Of a stretch of 64,000 bases of DNA, positions 40,601 through 53,479 are shown one piece after another. The DNA is from Paragordius varius (taxonomy: Eukaryota > Animalia > Nematomorpha), in contig OZ176050.1 of assembly GCA_964247055.1 (NCBI GenBank), positions 11,656,001 through 11,720,000 of the forward strand, read 5' to 3'. The position numbers were made by a program, and so were the translations under genes. A model generated the notes under the pieces. The model made no database searches. It saw nothing but the letters and a program-made list of their open reading frames with translations, and was not told where the DNA came from. The number at the start of each line of letters is the position of its first letter. Position 1 is the stretch's first letter.

Positions 40601-43600
40601 TATATATAATGGACATTTGCTCAAGATATAAAAAAATGTACATGATACACATTACATGCCTTGTATATTTTCTTTTTGAGGATAAATCGAACTACTGGAC
40701 TGAAATTAAATTAAATTTATCCATTATTTAAATACCTAATTTTTGATTTTTATGCTTATATGTATGTTTTTAGCAAATGCAAACTCAATCCTAATTGAAC
40801 GCGAACCTCCAATAGTATTACCTGTAACGTGTATGGATGGGCGAACCGAAAACTTGCCTGCAGATTGCGCCACAACTGCAAGAGAATTATGTAGATTACT
40901 ATCGCTCCGATTAGGTCTAATTCCAAAGCCAGAAACTATGAATGCTCATCGAAAGGTAGGACATCATTGATTTTTTAATTTATAGTTGATTAAAAAATAA
41001 AAAGCGGAATTACAACTCAAAATTTTTAATATTTAAAATCAATAAGAAGGTATTATCTTATAACAAAAGCGGAGCCAGAAAGATATATCTATTTGTGTGT
41101 TAACAAAAAATATTATGTTTAATTATTTTTGTAACAATTAATAATTATATATCTTTTACAACTTTGAATAATGATAGAAATTGAAATCAAATTCGACAAA
41201 TGTTCAATCACCACCATCCTTTATTACGAATGGGGGTGCTTTTGGGTTTTCACTGTACGTTGCCCTATTCGATAAGGTCAGTAGTTTAGGGGATGGGAAT
41301 GATCATGTTATGGATGCCATAAGTCAATGTGAACAATATGCAAAAGAAACGGGCGCATCCGAACGCAATGCCCCTTGGCGACTATTTTTCCGCAAAGAAG
41401 TTTTTGTCCCTTGGAGAGGTTTTTTTTCAATTTGTTACATTTATCTAAGAAAATAATTATTTACGTAAAAAAAACATTTATCTTTATGCATCACAAGTAA
41501 AAAATAACTAATTTACATATAGTATCTATCAATAACACCAAAAAAGGTTCATAATGAAGTCCAGATTAAACCAATTACCATTTTTTGACTGTTTTTTAAT
41601 TTTTTATTACATTTATATTTTTCATTAACTATGAAACAGAAGATGAAGAATTGGATGAAAACTATGGCATAATTCCCAGATCCATTAAACAAAGTCGAGA
41701 TGCCATACGCGATTTAGTGTATCAACAAATTGTTAGAGGAATCAAATTTGGTACTTTCTTATCAAATAGATTTTCATTTAAAAATGTCATTGAATCTCTT
41801 ATTTAGTTCATAGCTTTAATCAATTTTCCAAAATTGGCCCATCTTTTGCATTATATATGCAATTTATGTAGGTGAATACAGGTGTGAAAAAGAGGAAGAT
41901 TTAGCCCATGTAGCCCTTCTCCAATACTATGTGGATGTGGCTTATTTATTACATGAGTCTGAGAATAAAACATCCATGGCCAAAAATGGTAGTAAACATT
42001 CATCAGTTACCATAGTCAATACAGAACTTGATCCATCACAACTTTTAACGTTACTCCCCTCATTCATTCCCGATTATTATTTGAACCGGGATGGGGCCAT
42101 AGAACATTGGATTCGACAAGTTATGCTTGTTTATCGCAAAAAGTCTGTCCCACTTTCGAATGATACACCTTTGTCTAAGGTTTTACAAATAACTGATATA
42201 TATATATGTTTAATTGTGCAACATAAATTTATGTAATAATTTAGAAAAATATCTCTTTTTTTGGAATATAAATAAAATATCAACAAATACTTTATAATAA
42301 ACATTAATAGTAAAATATTGTAAAAAAGATTATTTTTTACAACAATTTTAATAAAAATTTATATATTAGCAAAAAAATTTTTAGAAATATTAAATATACG
42401 AGCTTTACAAATTTAACCCGCTAATCAGCTAGGATAAGAACCGATGTATGTATTCTATTGTTCATAATAGGTCAAAGATGAACTCATTATGTTTGCCAAG
42501 TTTAAATGGCCCCTATTGTTTTCACGTTTCTACGAAGCTAGTCTCATGATAGGTACAAGCTTAGCTACGAGCACCTTTGCACACCATATACCACGTAATC
42601 AAGACATTATTGTGGCTGTTAATTGGACAGGTTTTTATGCCGTGGATGATCAGGAGAGAGTTTTATTGGAACTTTCATTCCCTGAAATTGTTAGAGTCCG
42701 CTATTTCGCCCCAAACATGATTGCATCCACCTCCTATGGACACCAATCAAATAAAAATTGCACTCTCGCTGGAGAAGAGGGCGCGTCCCAAGCGAGAAGT
42801 ATGGATGACAAAGATAATGTAACAGATATGAAACGACGAAAAGAGCATCAGAAAAATGGATTTTACGATAGGTAATATGGTTAATTAGCAAGTGCAACTT
42901 TTATCTATAAAATAGGGTCAATTATGAGTGCACTACAATGCCATTGTAAACTATCGTAAACGAATATTATTCATAAACTACGGGCAGAAAAAATGGATTT
43001 ATAATTATAATTTTTTTGATACTTAGTAACCAATAATTATTGTTGAGAAACGTTTGTTCATGAAAAATTAATTTGTTTTTTAAGACCACAATTCATTCTA
43101 CCCTATGCTGTATTGTGCATTCTTACGGTGAGACAAGAACTGCTCGTTTTCCGATGTTCCGGTGCTAAAGATGTGTGCGAACTTATGAATTATTTTTTGG
43201 ATGGATTGAGAAAAAGGACGCGCTACGCTATTGCTGTTAAAGATTTTTTCGGTTATTTATATTTTATTCATATTTTTTTATTTTATGAAACTTTTTTTGC
43301 TAATGTGAGTAAATACTTTTATCTAAATATTACATTTTAGGTAAGGAGAATATAAAAATATATAATATTTAACCAATGGTTATTGTTTCATGTTAGAAAA
43401 CGATTCCACTTTTCTTAATTTTCAACGTGGAGAAACTATTCTGTTAGAAAAACCGTATGGATCCGCTGTTATGGCTCAAAACCAAACAGTCAACGGTGCT
43501 AAAGTTTGGCTAACTGGTATATTTCTATTTAAGGAATTATTTTCTATACTATATGGCTTACATTAATTAACAATTTGTTTTTATCTCCCCTAAAAGGTTC

Positions 43601-46600
43601 TACCACAAACAGTAAAAATAAGGGTGATTTTCCATCCGATCTCGTTTATTTAGTTCCGACTTTGACGGTTCCAGACCCACAAACTATTTCCGCCATAGCG
43701 GAACATTGTATTAATGCAGATGCACCTGGGCGTTTCGCTCAACACATGGATAGATTAAATTTAAGTTCTTCCAATGATAAATCACCAAACACCACTTATC
43801 CAAATGCATCATCCGTTGCCCTTAAAGATGCCATTCAACGGCTTTTTCTAAAACAAGAATTTCAAGGCATTTCATCTCAAATATCTGGCGCTAATATGAG
43901 CGAGGACTGTTTACCACTTTTCGACAATCCCGACTACTTTGCAACTAGTAATAATAATAGTTTGTACGGGAATGAATTGTATGGTGAAGCACTGGGCGGA
44001 AATTTCAATTCGGGTTTAGGGCATTACACTTACACTAATATGGGACTACCCGGCGGCGGTGCTAATAATGGTAAAAGACAGAATGTCGCAATAAATGGGA
44101 TGGCCTCACCCCCGGCACATCCGTACGATCTTAGGAAATTTGCTGCAGAACATTTCCGTAACAGTGAAAAGTTTATCATAATTTTTTTATGTCTCTTATC
44201 TTCTAATTTATATTGTTGGGGAAACATGATTATTTTATATGTATTTTATGAGTGAGTTGCGTGTTTGATATGTAAAGTGTATTTTTTGATAAATAAAGCA
44301 GAAAGGGTTAACCAATGAATTAAATTTTTTTAGATTTTAAATAAATTCCCACTTTGGCACATTAATATAGACATACCTGCTATATAAGTTTTCCACAATA
44401 TTTTTTGTTTAAGATTATTTGGACATTTATTAGTCAAAATAATTTTATGATTATTAATAAGACAATGATTTCCATTGCAGGTTAAGTGTGAAACGAAGCA
44501 TTGGACAAGCCATAACTAACACATTAAACCGGAAAAACCCACTCAAAACCTTGTTAAATCACAGTAACAACAATCCCTCCTCCATAGACTTGGCAAATGG
44601 GACAGACTTTAATTCGATTAATCCATCTGGTATGGTTAATTCTACAGAAGACAATGATGATTTTGCCAATAACAATAATGGCAAAATTGAATGCCTATGG
44701 CGACACAGCAAAGAACCATTAAAACTTCCTTTGTTACGAAAGTTACAGGGTAGAGAGCAGTTTTGTCACTTGGCTTGTCAAATATCGTTGGCTATTGCAA
44801 AGTATATGGGTGATCAACCTATGCGCCGCAAATTAACCATAAATGGATCCGGACCTCCGTACAGTAATGGTATTTTAACTTCATCACCTCATAACTCACT
44901 CGTATCCAATAATGGTAAGTTATATGGTTCTGGTGCTTTGGGAAATGGGACAAATTTAAATGGGTTAACCAATAATGGTACACCTTTACACTCCATAGAC
45001 TTGACTGATATGATCTTTGAACCGGCTATTAAACATGTGAGTTATCAATTATAAAAAGTTATTATCAAATTTGAGTATCTAATTAAGCATAGTTAAAATA
45101 TAAGTGGATTACAACAACTATTATATTATCTTGCACCCTGATATAGGAAATTTTGCGCGATGAAGTATATTGCCAATTGATTAAGCAACTGACACAAAAC
45201 CCCAACAAGTATGCATAGTTTTATGGCATAAAAATCATTTTTCCCTTATTATGATATAAATTAACATTTATATAGACTGAAACGTTGCAAACACTATGAT
45301 TTATTTTATTTTTAATCTATTTATAACGAAGTTATTGTTTTGCTAATTAAATAATTAATAATATTTCCAAAGATGACGGCATAATATATTACCCATAATT
45401 TATATTTTTAAATTTATTTTTACTTCATTCAGATCAAGCGAGGAAAAAGGTTGGGAACTTATGTGGCTTTCAACCGGCTGTTTTCCTTGTAGTCGAATAA
45501 TGTTGCCTGAAATAACGGATTTTTTGAGAAGTAGCAGCTCCTCGCAAATGATATCACCTCCCGCAACAAATAATGGTTTTAAATATTTTATATATTAAAT
45601 ATACTTAACATTATAGCTATAGGACAATATCGCAATTTATATTATATTTACAGTTGTCACCTTGAATATTGTGATGGCGTATAATTTAAGATCATCTTTG
45701 ATTTTTTTACTGAAAAAAAAAATATGTCCCTTTAGGCATGAGTGTTCCTAATCTGGCCCTAAAACGCGACTGTTTTATACGCCTTCAAAAAACGCTAAAA
45801 GTCGGATGTCGAAAATATCCTCCACATCCGGTCGAAGTTGAAGCCATTCAAAGGAAAACTACCCAAATATTTCACAAGGTTTACTTTCCCGATGATACTG
45901 AACAAGCCTTTGAAGTGGATTCTGGTATGTGATTGGCTCTATGAAATATAACATCCACAAATTATAACTGTTACATTTTTATTTCAATTTGTAGGTACGA
46001 AAGCGACAGAATTTTGTTTCCACATATCACGTAGGCTTGGTCTCCAATCTCCCCAAGGATTTAGCTTGTTTGTTAAAATTGCTGATAAGGTCATCAGTGT
46101 TCCAGACCAAGATTTTTTCTTTGATTTTGTCCGACACCTAACGGATTGGATCAAAAAGACATGTCCCATATCAAGCGGTAATTTTGCGGGTCATATAACA
46201 CGAAATGGTGAACATATTGGACCTTTCGGGACAAACGGTTCCAATTCATCCCTCAATTATAGCCATAATAATAGTCAAACCAATGTGAATTCTACCCTAA
46301 CCTACCAAATCTTTTTTATGCGAAAATTATGGCTAAATGTTGTACCTGGAGTGGATCGAAATGCCGATCTTATCTTCCATTACCATCAAGTATGTAAAAT
46401 CAATAATGAATACTAGGGATATTTGTTGTTTTTATTAGTTTAAAATTTATAGGTATTAAAAAAATTGATTTGAACATTGTCTAAAAATTTTATTATATTA
46501 TTGAATTCATTTATATAAAGGAAGTGCCCAAATATTTACGTGGTTATCACAAATGTAACCCTGAAGATGCCAAATCTTTAGCAGCCTTAATTTATCGAGT

Positions 46601-47952
46601 CAAGTTTAATTCCGATCCATCGTATATCACAAGTCTTGCTATGTTTAGCAAAATCATAAAGGTATGTGATTAAGTTTAGATATATGATATGATCGAAATT
46701 AAAGCATTATATATGATTATTCATAATTTTTTTAATTTGGATATTAGGAGCTTGTCCCCGGACACTTACTTAAGATCACCCATGATTCCTATCATCAATC
46801 TGCGCTTGAGGATTGGAGAAAAGGCATATCTCATTATTATTCACTTACAACTGGTTCGGCTAGCAGAGGCATTCCACCATTAAGTCCGGATGATGCAAAG
46901 ATTGAATTCCTTAAAATCATATATAAATGGCCAACTTTCGGCTCCGCGTTTTTCGAAGTCAAAGTAATGATTCGTTTATCAATGTAACACTTTCTCTTTT
47001 AATGATTCTTTAAAATATCATATAATATAATTAATTTTTCCAGTTATGATACGGTTCAAGAATAAACATGTAGGTGCTGTATTCGATATAAATTATATTT
47101 GATTTATAACAATAAGAACACTGTTTTCGGAATATATAATTTCTATTACGTGGTTTCTATTCTATCAATTTATGCCCAGAACATTTTAAAATTCACATTA
47201 TTTGTTAAATATCTTTATCATGTTCCTCACTTGGTAAAAAAGATTTTGCATTTAGCAGGAAAATACAAATTTTTAATCTACTATGTTTTAAACAGCAAAC
47301 AACTGAACCCAATCTCCCAGACTACATCATAATAGCCATTAACAAGAATGGATTAACACTTTTAGACCCGCATTCAAAAGATACATTAGCCACGTTCCCT
47401 TTCACTCAAATATCAAATTGGAGTAGTGGGAATACCTATTTCCACATTACCATAGGCAATATGGTTCAAGGAAGCAAATTACTTTGTGAAACATCTTTGG
47501 TAAGTAAAAAATTTGTTTGTGCCCTTAATTAAGAATTGTTAAACCTTTTTAAACGATTCATCCCGCAATACTTGGGCTTAAAATTCTAAGTTTATCATGA
47601 TTATGTGAGTACATGGTGTATAAGTTAAGTTTTTTACTTTCTACAAGCCCTTCTGAAACTGGTATCTGCTGTCAGTTCAAATTATGATCAGCCAAAACTA
47701 CGGAATCGTTAGGACCTAATTAGCCCTCCATCAAATTACTGATTTTTATTTATAATAATAAATTTTTTATTTATAATAATGATACTTTGATTGCAGGGGT
47801 ATAAAATGGATGATCTGCTTACCTCATACATTGGACTCATGTTAAGTGCCATGGGAAAACAACAACATCAACTACAAAATCAATTTCAACAGCCAACTGG
47901 ATTGCAACAAAGGCAACAACCTATTATGCATATAGCAGCTAATGGCTTCTAA
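28642..47952 (+). CDS. MYO7A: Unconventional myosin VIIa (crinkled-like): motor, about 4 IQ motifs, MyTH4-FERM, SH3, MyTH4-FERM; multi-exon and complete
   Basis: First exon MVILSR (28642-28659), then GEYIW..., [23 protein letters not shown]-loop [38 protein letters not shown] and IQ motifs. The tail has MyTH4 ([14 protein letters not shown]; [14 protein letters not shown]), FERM ([10 protein letters not shown]; [13 protein letters not shown]; [21 protein letters not shown]; [12 protein letters not shown]) and the terminal [12 protein letters not shown]. Stop TAA at 47950-47952. Confidence 0.95.
34726..35850. mobile_element. Degenerate CAC…GTG / TAA-flanked element in a myosin intron
   Basis: Left end CACTAGTCGACAAA…GCACCACC versus right end GGTGGTGC…TTGTTGAGCAGTG, with TAA on both sides. 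Internal similarity is weak. Confidence 0.4.
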
Positions 47953-48933
47953 AAATAACCATCTTTTAAATAAAAGTGAAAACAAATTAATTAATAAAAT
48001 GACACATATTTTTAGGGAAGTTTTTTAAGAAAATTTTCTAAGGAAGTGATAATTGTTGTCCTAACAAATTATTTAGAAATTGCATAATGATTTTCTTGCA
48101 TTTATGTGTTTTTTATACTTGTGCATTTATAATTAGGTAAATTATTTTTCACGCAAATTTTTATCAATGTTATAGCCAATTTTTATAATATCCTTGTGAT
48201 TATTTTTACATATTTTTACACAACTAGGTAATAAATTATATTAATAAAAATATTTATTCAATAAAATTTCAGATAAATAAAAAATTTAACCAATTTAGGG
48301 AATAATAATGCCAGGTTTTATTAAATCACTTGGATTTTTACGGGTATTTTAGGCCAAAAAATTATTATAAATAATTATTAGTTTATTAATGGGTGGCAAA
48401 AAACCCTAATAAATGGGAGTGAATTAAATCCTAACGTTAATTTTTTTCTTTCCATCTATAATGCATTCTGCCGGAGTATCAAATTTTGGCCAGTAATATA
48501 GAAAAATATTTTTTTTGGAAACCATCATTATTTTAAAACCCAAAAATGTCACGTTGAATTTGATACTATCAAAATCATTTCTTAGCAGTCAGCTATTCTT
48601 ATTCTATTGAAAATCAATTTGCTTAATGAAAATGCTAATATTGGTAATCTTTTGTAAGGACTCACAATATTTCCCACGTCAAAGTCAAAATTTATGTCTA
48701 TAATATAAAAACCAATTTAATATTTAATATTATCATCTACACCTCTATAATATTTTAAATTTTTTCAAGCAATCTAATTGTTCAGTTAAAACTGCTCTAA
48801 ATTATCAATTAAAATTATCAGATTTATAAAGGCCAAATTCACATTATTTGTTTATTTCTTTTTGTTTGATTTTACCCACTAGCAACAATTTTACTATTAA
48901 TTCGTCCATTATCTATAAATATCCTTGATTACT

Positions 48934-48994
48934 GGGGTGCTAAGTCCTTCTTCCACGTCCCCGTCGTGCACCCTGGACATTGACAAACGGAAGA
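48934..48994 (+). ncRNA. HDV-like self-cleaving ribozyme at the 5' end of the RTE element
   Basis: P1 GGGGUGC(48934-40)/GCACCCU(48968-74) with a G1-U wobble; P2 UCUUCC(48949-54)/GGAAGA(48989-94); P3 ACG/CGU closing L3 UCCCCGU; P1.1 CC/GG(48975-76); 7-nt minimal P4; J4/2 CAAAC with the catalytic C at 48984. The order of elements matches the HDV double pseudoknot. Confidence 0.8.
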
Positions 48995-51900
48995 GGCGTC
49001 AAGAATGTGTGGGGTGTGGTGGTTTTGGCTCCTGGCAAGTCAAGACTTATAAAATGCCACAATACCTGTATTCACACGAAATTCCAAGCGGGCTCTCTGG
49101 CGCTTTAACCAGTTGCCAAAAACATGACAATATATAATAATGCAAGACTTCAACTCCAGAATTATTTTAAATTAGAATGTGGAGAGGGAACTCCATTAGC
49201 CTGGTAAGGCGATTCCCTAGGTTGTAAACTATCTCCTCCTCGGAGCTAGAGGTTGATATTGCAAAGGCATGCAATCATAAAACATTTGCTTAATAATAAT
49301 ATGATCAATGCAACTAAATTTTCAACTATTATACTGCAACAAAAGCTTTTAAACACCTTTATTTTATTTTCTTACTTGCACCAACGCCAAAAAATATATT
49401 TATTTATATACATAATTTATATATTATATTGTATTTAATAACTATAATCTTAATGGTAATATGACTGAACGAAATCAACGCAATAATAAAACCCAACTGT
49501 TTAATTCTGAACAGTATACATCTCCAAACAAACCACCACTAATTTGATTTCCCTCACACATTAAAAATAATAATACGAAACAGTTAAAGTTTAAGTTTGC
49601 CACTTACAATATAGGATCTCTCAAAGGAAAAACCCCATTTATCATCTCCAAGCTCACAAACAAAAATATAGACATTTGTTGCCTTCAAGAGACACGATAT
49701 AAAGATGGACGAAACGAAGTCATTGAGAATTATAAATTATTTCATCAAGGCGATAAAACAAGCCAAGGAGGGGTCGCTATTGCTTTGAAAGTAGAACTTG
49801 CAAAAAATATAGTATCTATAACCAGACATTCAAACAGATTATTACAACTTAGGGTAGTCATCAGTAAACAGATATTTAACGTAATATGAGCATACGCTCC
49901 ACAGAACGGGATAACTCAATCTGACAAAACTGCTTTTTGGGAACAGTTATTCAATATATGCAACGAGATACCACCAAATAATATTGTGCTAATTGGTGGC
50001 GATTTGAATGAACATGTTGGAGCAAAAAACGATGATTATGAAAATGTTCATGGTAATTATGGTTTTGGCTTTAGAGATGATGAAGGAGAAACAATACTTC
50101 TGCAATTCCTTAAATTTAGTTGTATCTAACACTTTCTTTACAAAACCAAAAAAGGCTTTTATCACCTATCGTAGCAATGATAATGAATCAATGATTTATT
50201 ACGTCCTAATCAATCAAAAACACCGCTATTGTATAAAGAACATAAAGACTTATGCATGTGAAACACAACATGCTCTAATAGTAGCAGAACTACAGATAAA
50301 TAGTAATAACAATAAAAATAAAGTCTTAAAAGCTAAAATAAATAGTGATGCCCTCTCCAAACCAGAAAAGATGAACCTCTCTCAAAATGAGACAACCAAT
50401 ATAGCTATAGATGAAAATATGAGTGTTGAAAATATATGGACCACCTTAAAAAACAGGGCAGTAAAGACTGCTCTTAAAGTTTGCGGCAGAAAAAAGTATG
50501 GCGGTAGGCCACAAAAGAAATGGTGGTGGTCAAATAAAATTAAATGTCACACATCGAAAAAATTTGAATTGTTTAAAAAATGGAAAAAATCAGGCCTCGA
50601 TAAAGATAAGTTAGCTTATTTAGATCATAAAAAATATGTCAATAAGTTGATTGATGTCCAAAAGAACAAGAGGAGCAGAGAAATAGCTGATGATATTGAA
50701 AAAGATACATCCAATTCGAGAATATATAGAAAAGTAAAAAATAGAATACAAAATAAGCAAGATATAACAACCAATAATATTAATGATAGAGACGGTACAA
50801 CTATGACCTAACCTGAAGACGTGAAAATAACTTGGCTTGAATATATGAAGGGAGTTTTAAATGAATCAAATCACGTCAACGAACTGCCAACATTGCCTTT
50901 TAACATTGGCCCCACACCACTCATCAATGAAATTGACATAGAAAACGCATTAAAAAAAATGAAAAACAATAAAGCGGCAGGACCGTCTGAACTCTCAGCT
51001 GATTTATTGAAAAGTATAAAGTTTAAGAGTCCCATTTTAACAACCCTTTTCAACAAAATAATAATCGAGAATAAGATCCCATCCGATTGGCAAAATAGTA
51101 TTACTATTCCAATCTATAAAAACAAAGGAAATAAACTTAATTGCGCATCATATCGCCCAATTAAACTTCTAGAACATACTATGAAAGTTTTTGAATCAAT
51201 CTTAGCTCAGAAAATAAGAGACATAGTTAATATTGACAACATGCAGTTTGCCTTCCGTCAAGGTTGCAGCACAACAGACCCCATATTTATATTAAGGCGC
51301 CTCCAAGAAAACTATCTTTCTAAAGGTAGCCAATTATAACATCTATTTATTGACATGGAGAAAGCGTTCGATAAAATCCCTCGAACGCTTATTTTCTGGA
51401 GTCAAAAAAAAGGAGTAGACAAATGGATCATAGATGCAATAAAGTTATTATATGATAACAGTAAAACTTGTGTTAACACGCATTTCGGGTACACAATTCC
51501 ATTCCACATCACATCAGGACTACACCAAGGTTCTGTTCTTAGCCCCCTTTTATTCACCATAATAATAGGCACCATTAGTGATGAGATCCGTACTGGTCTT
51601 CCTTGGGAGCTCATCTACGCTGATGATCTATTGTTAACGTCAGAAAATCTAAACGAACTCAGTCAAAAGTTCAAACTTTGGAAAACCTGCCTTGAGCGAC
51701 ATGGTCTCACAATCAACATCCAAAAAACTAAGGTTATGATAACAGGCGACAAAAAGACTGATAAAATCAAATACCCATGCCGTGCATTCTTAAAAAATGA
51801 GGGACTAAACTCCATCCAATGCAAGTGTCAATACTGGTTACACAAACCATGTTCGGGATTAAATGGAACTTTAAAAATAATAATAATTACATATGCCCCC

Positions 51901-52573
51901 CATGTACTCTATCCAAACAATATATTCCACCCATAGAAGCTGAATCCAACCTTGAAATAGGTGACAGCGAAATTCAAAAAGTACCAAAGTTTACCTACCT
52001 TGGTGATACCATTTCCGCTCAAGGAGGTTCATCTGAAGCCATCAAAAATCGCATAAGAATTGGTTGGGGTAGATATAACCAATATAAATACATATTTACC
52101 AACAAACACAGATCTACAAAAACAAAAAACAAAATATACCTAATTGGCGTTAGACCTACTATAAATGCTTGCGAAACATGGCAAATAAGTAAAACACACG
52201 AAAATATGCTGATAATATGGAACAAAGAATGATAAATACATTTAAGCGAACAATCTCTCAGGATAAACAAATCCTATCAATTTCAAAATATATTCAAATC
52301 CGTGGACTCGGCTATTACGGTCACATACAAAGATTAGATATCGATAATTGGATTAAAAATATAACAAACCTTAAGCCAAACAAACAAAACAGAGTTGGTC
52401 GTCCAGCAATAACATGGGATAAAAACATTACCCAAGACCTACAGGCCAAAAACATAAAAGCCGGGGACTGGTTAAACAAAAAATCCTTCAATGCAATGAT
52501 CAAACACCTAAACCCCGTCACGACGGGATTCCAAGGGACCCCTTGACAACAGATATCTATCTATCTATCTATC
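48935..52573 (+). mobile_element. Full-length RTE-clade non-LTR retrotransposon, inactivated by stops and frameshifts
   Basis: 15-bp TSD TATCCTTGATTACTG (48920-48934; 52574-52588) and a (TATC)n tail. APE motifs: TYNIGSL, DICCLQETR, YAPQ, GGDLNEHVG. RT motifs: KAAGPS, YRPIKLL, QFAFRQG, GLHQGSVLSPLLF, YADD. C-terminus: LGYYGHIQR...GRPAITW. Confidence 0.95.
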
Positions 52574-53479
52574 TATCCTTGATTACTGAGTCGGAAAACA
52601 TATATTTAAAAAAGATTGCGAGATAACAAAGTGTGTAACTTAACTCTAGCTATATTGATGGTTAAAATAAAATTATATTTATTTACCCATTTCCTCAACT
52701 AACAATCTTATTTACATTTTTATCCATTAACACTAGTATACAACACATTCATTTCAGTCCTTCGTTTCAAATTGTAGTTGGATACCCGGCCTGTCAAAAA
52801 TGAAATACTTAAAAAAATATATAAGGAATTAAAACCATGCGAAACGTTTGCACTTGTATAGCATTATACAACCGAAATATAAAAAAATTTAAAATACTTA
52901 ATATTAGTTTTTTTAAGATAAAACCCAAAGATAAAAATTTAATCAAATGACATATGTTTATTAGCTAAATATAAAAATAATACAAAATAAACCATTTTCT
53001 CTGTTTCTATCAATGTTGTGTAATAAATAAAAAAATAAGCTTTAATTTTAGCTTAAAAATTATATAATTTTTTGCAAAAACGTTGTAAAATAAAAATGGC
53101 GCCTAAGTAGTTTGATATGAAACTTTTCTTATAAATTTTATTGAGGTATTTCGGGTTATTTATATAATCTTCATGAGATAGAAGCATATTTAAATTGGGA
53201 CCGTTTCATATTGCCTAGGGTGTTTAGATACCCCAATTTGAATCGAAGTGTTAAAAAAGACTATCATGTTAAAATTTTATGACAATTATTATTATTCCAT
53301 AAATATTTGTTTTCAATGACCCAAAATTCTGCACATTATTATATTAATCCAATAAAGTCTTTCCCGAGTAACATTAAATTAACAAATGCCCATAGTAGCT
53401 AAAAAAATAATATATTGTATTCAAATGAATGAAATAATATTTTACTCTTGTCAGCTTATCCACATTTTATATTACACAT

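Noticed and set aside
53093-53103. AAAATGGCG YY1-like motif upstream of ARGLU1
   Set aside because: A single short motif with unknown TSS; it cannot be supported from sequence alone.
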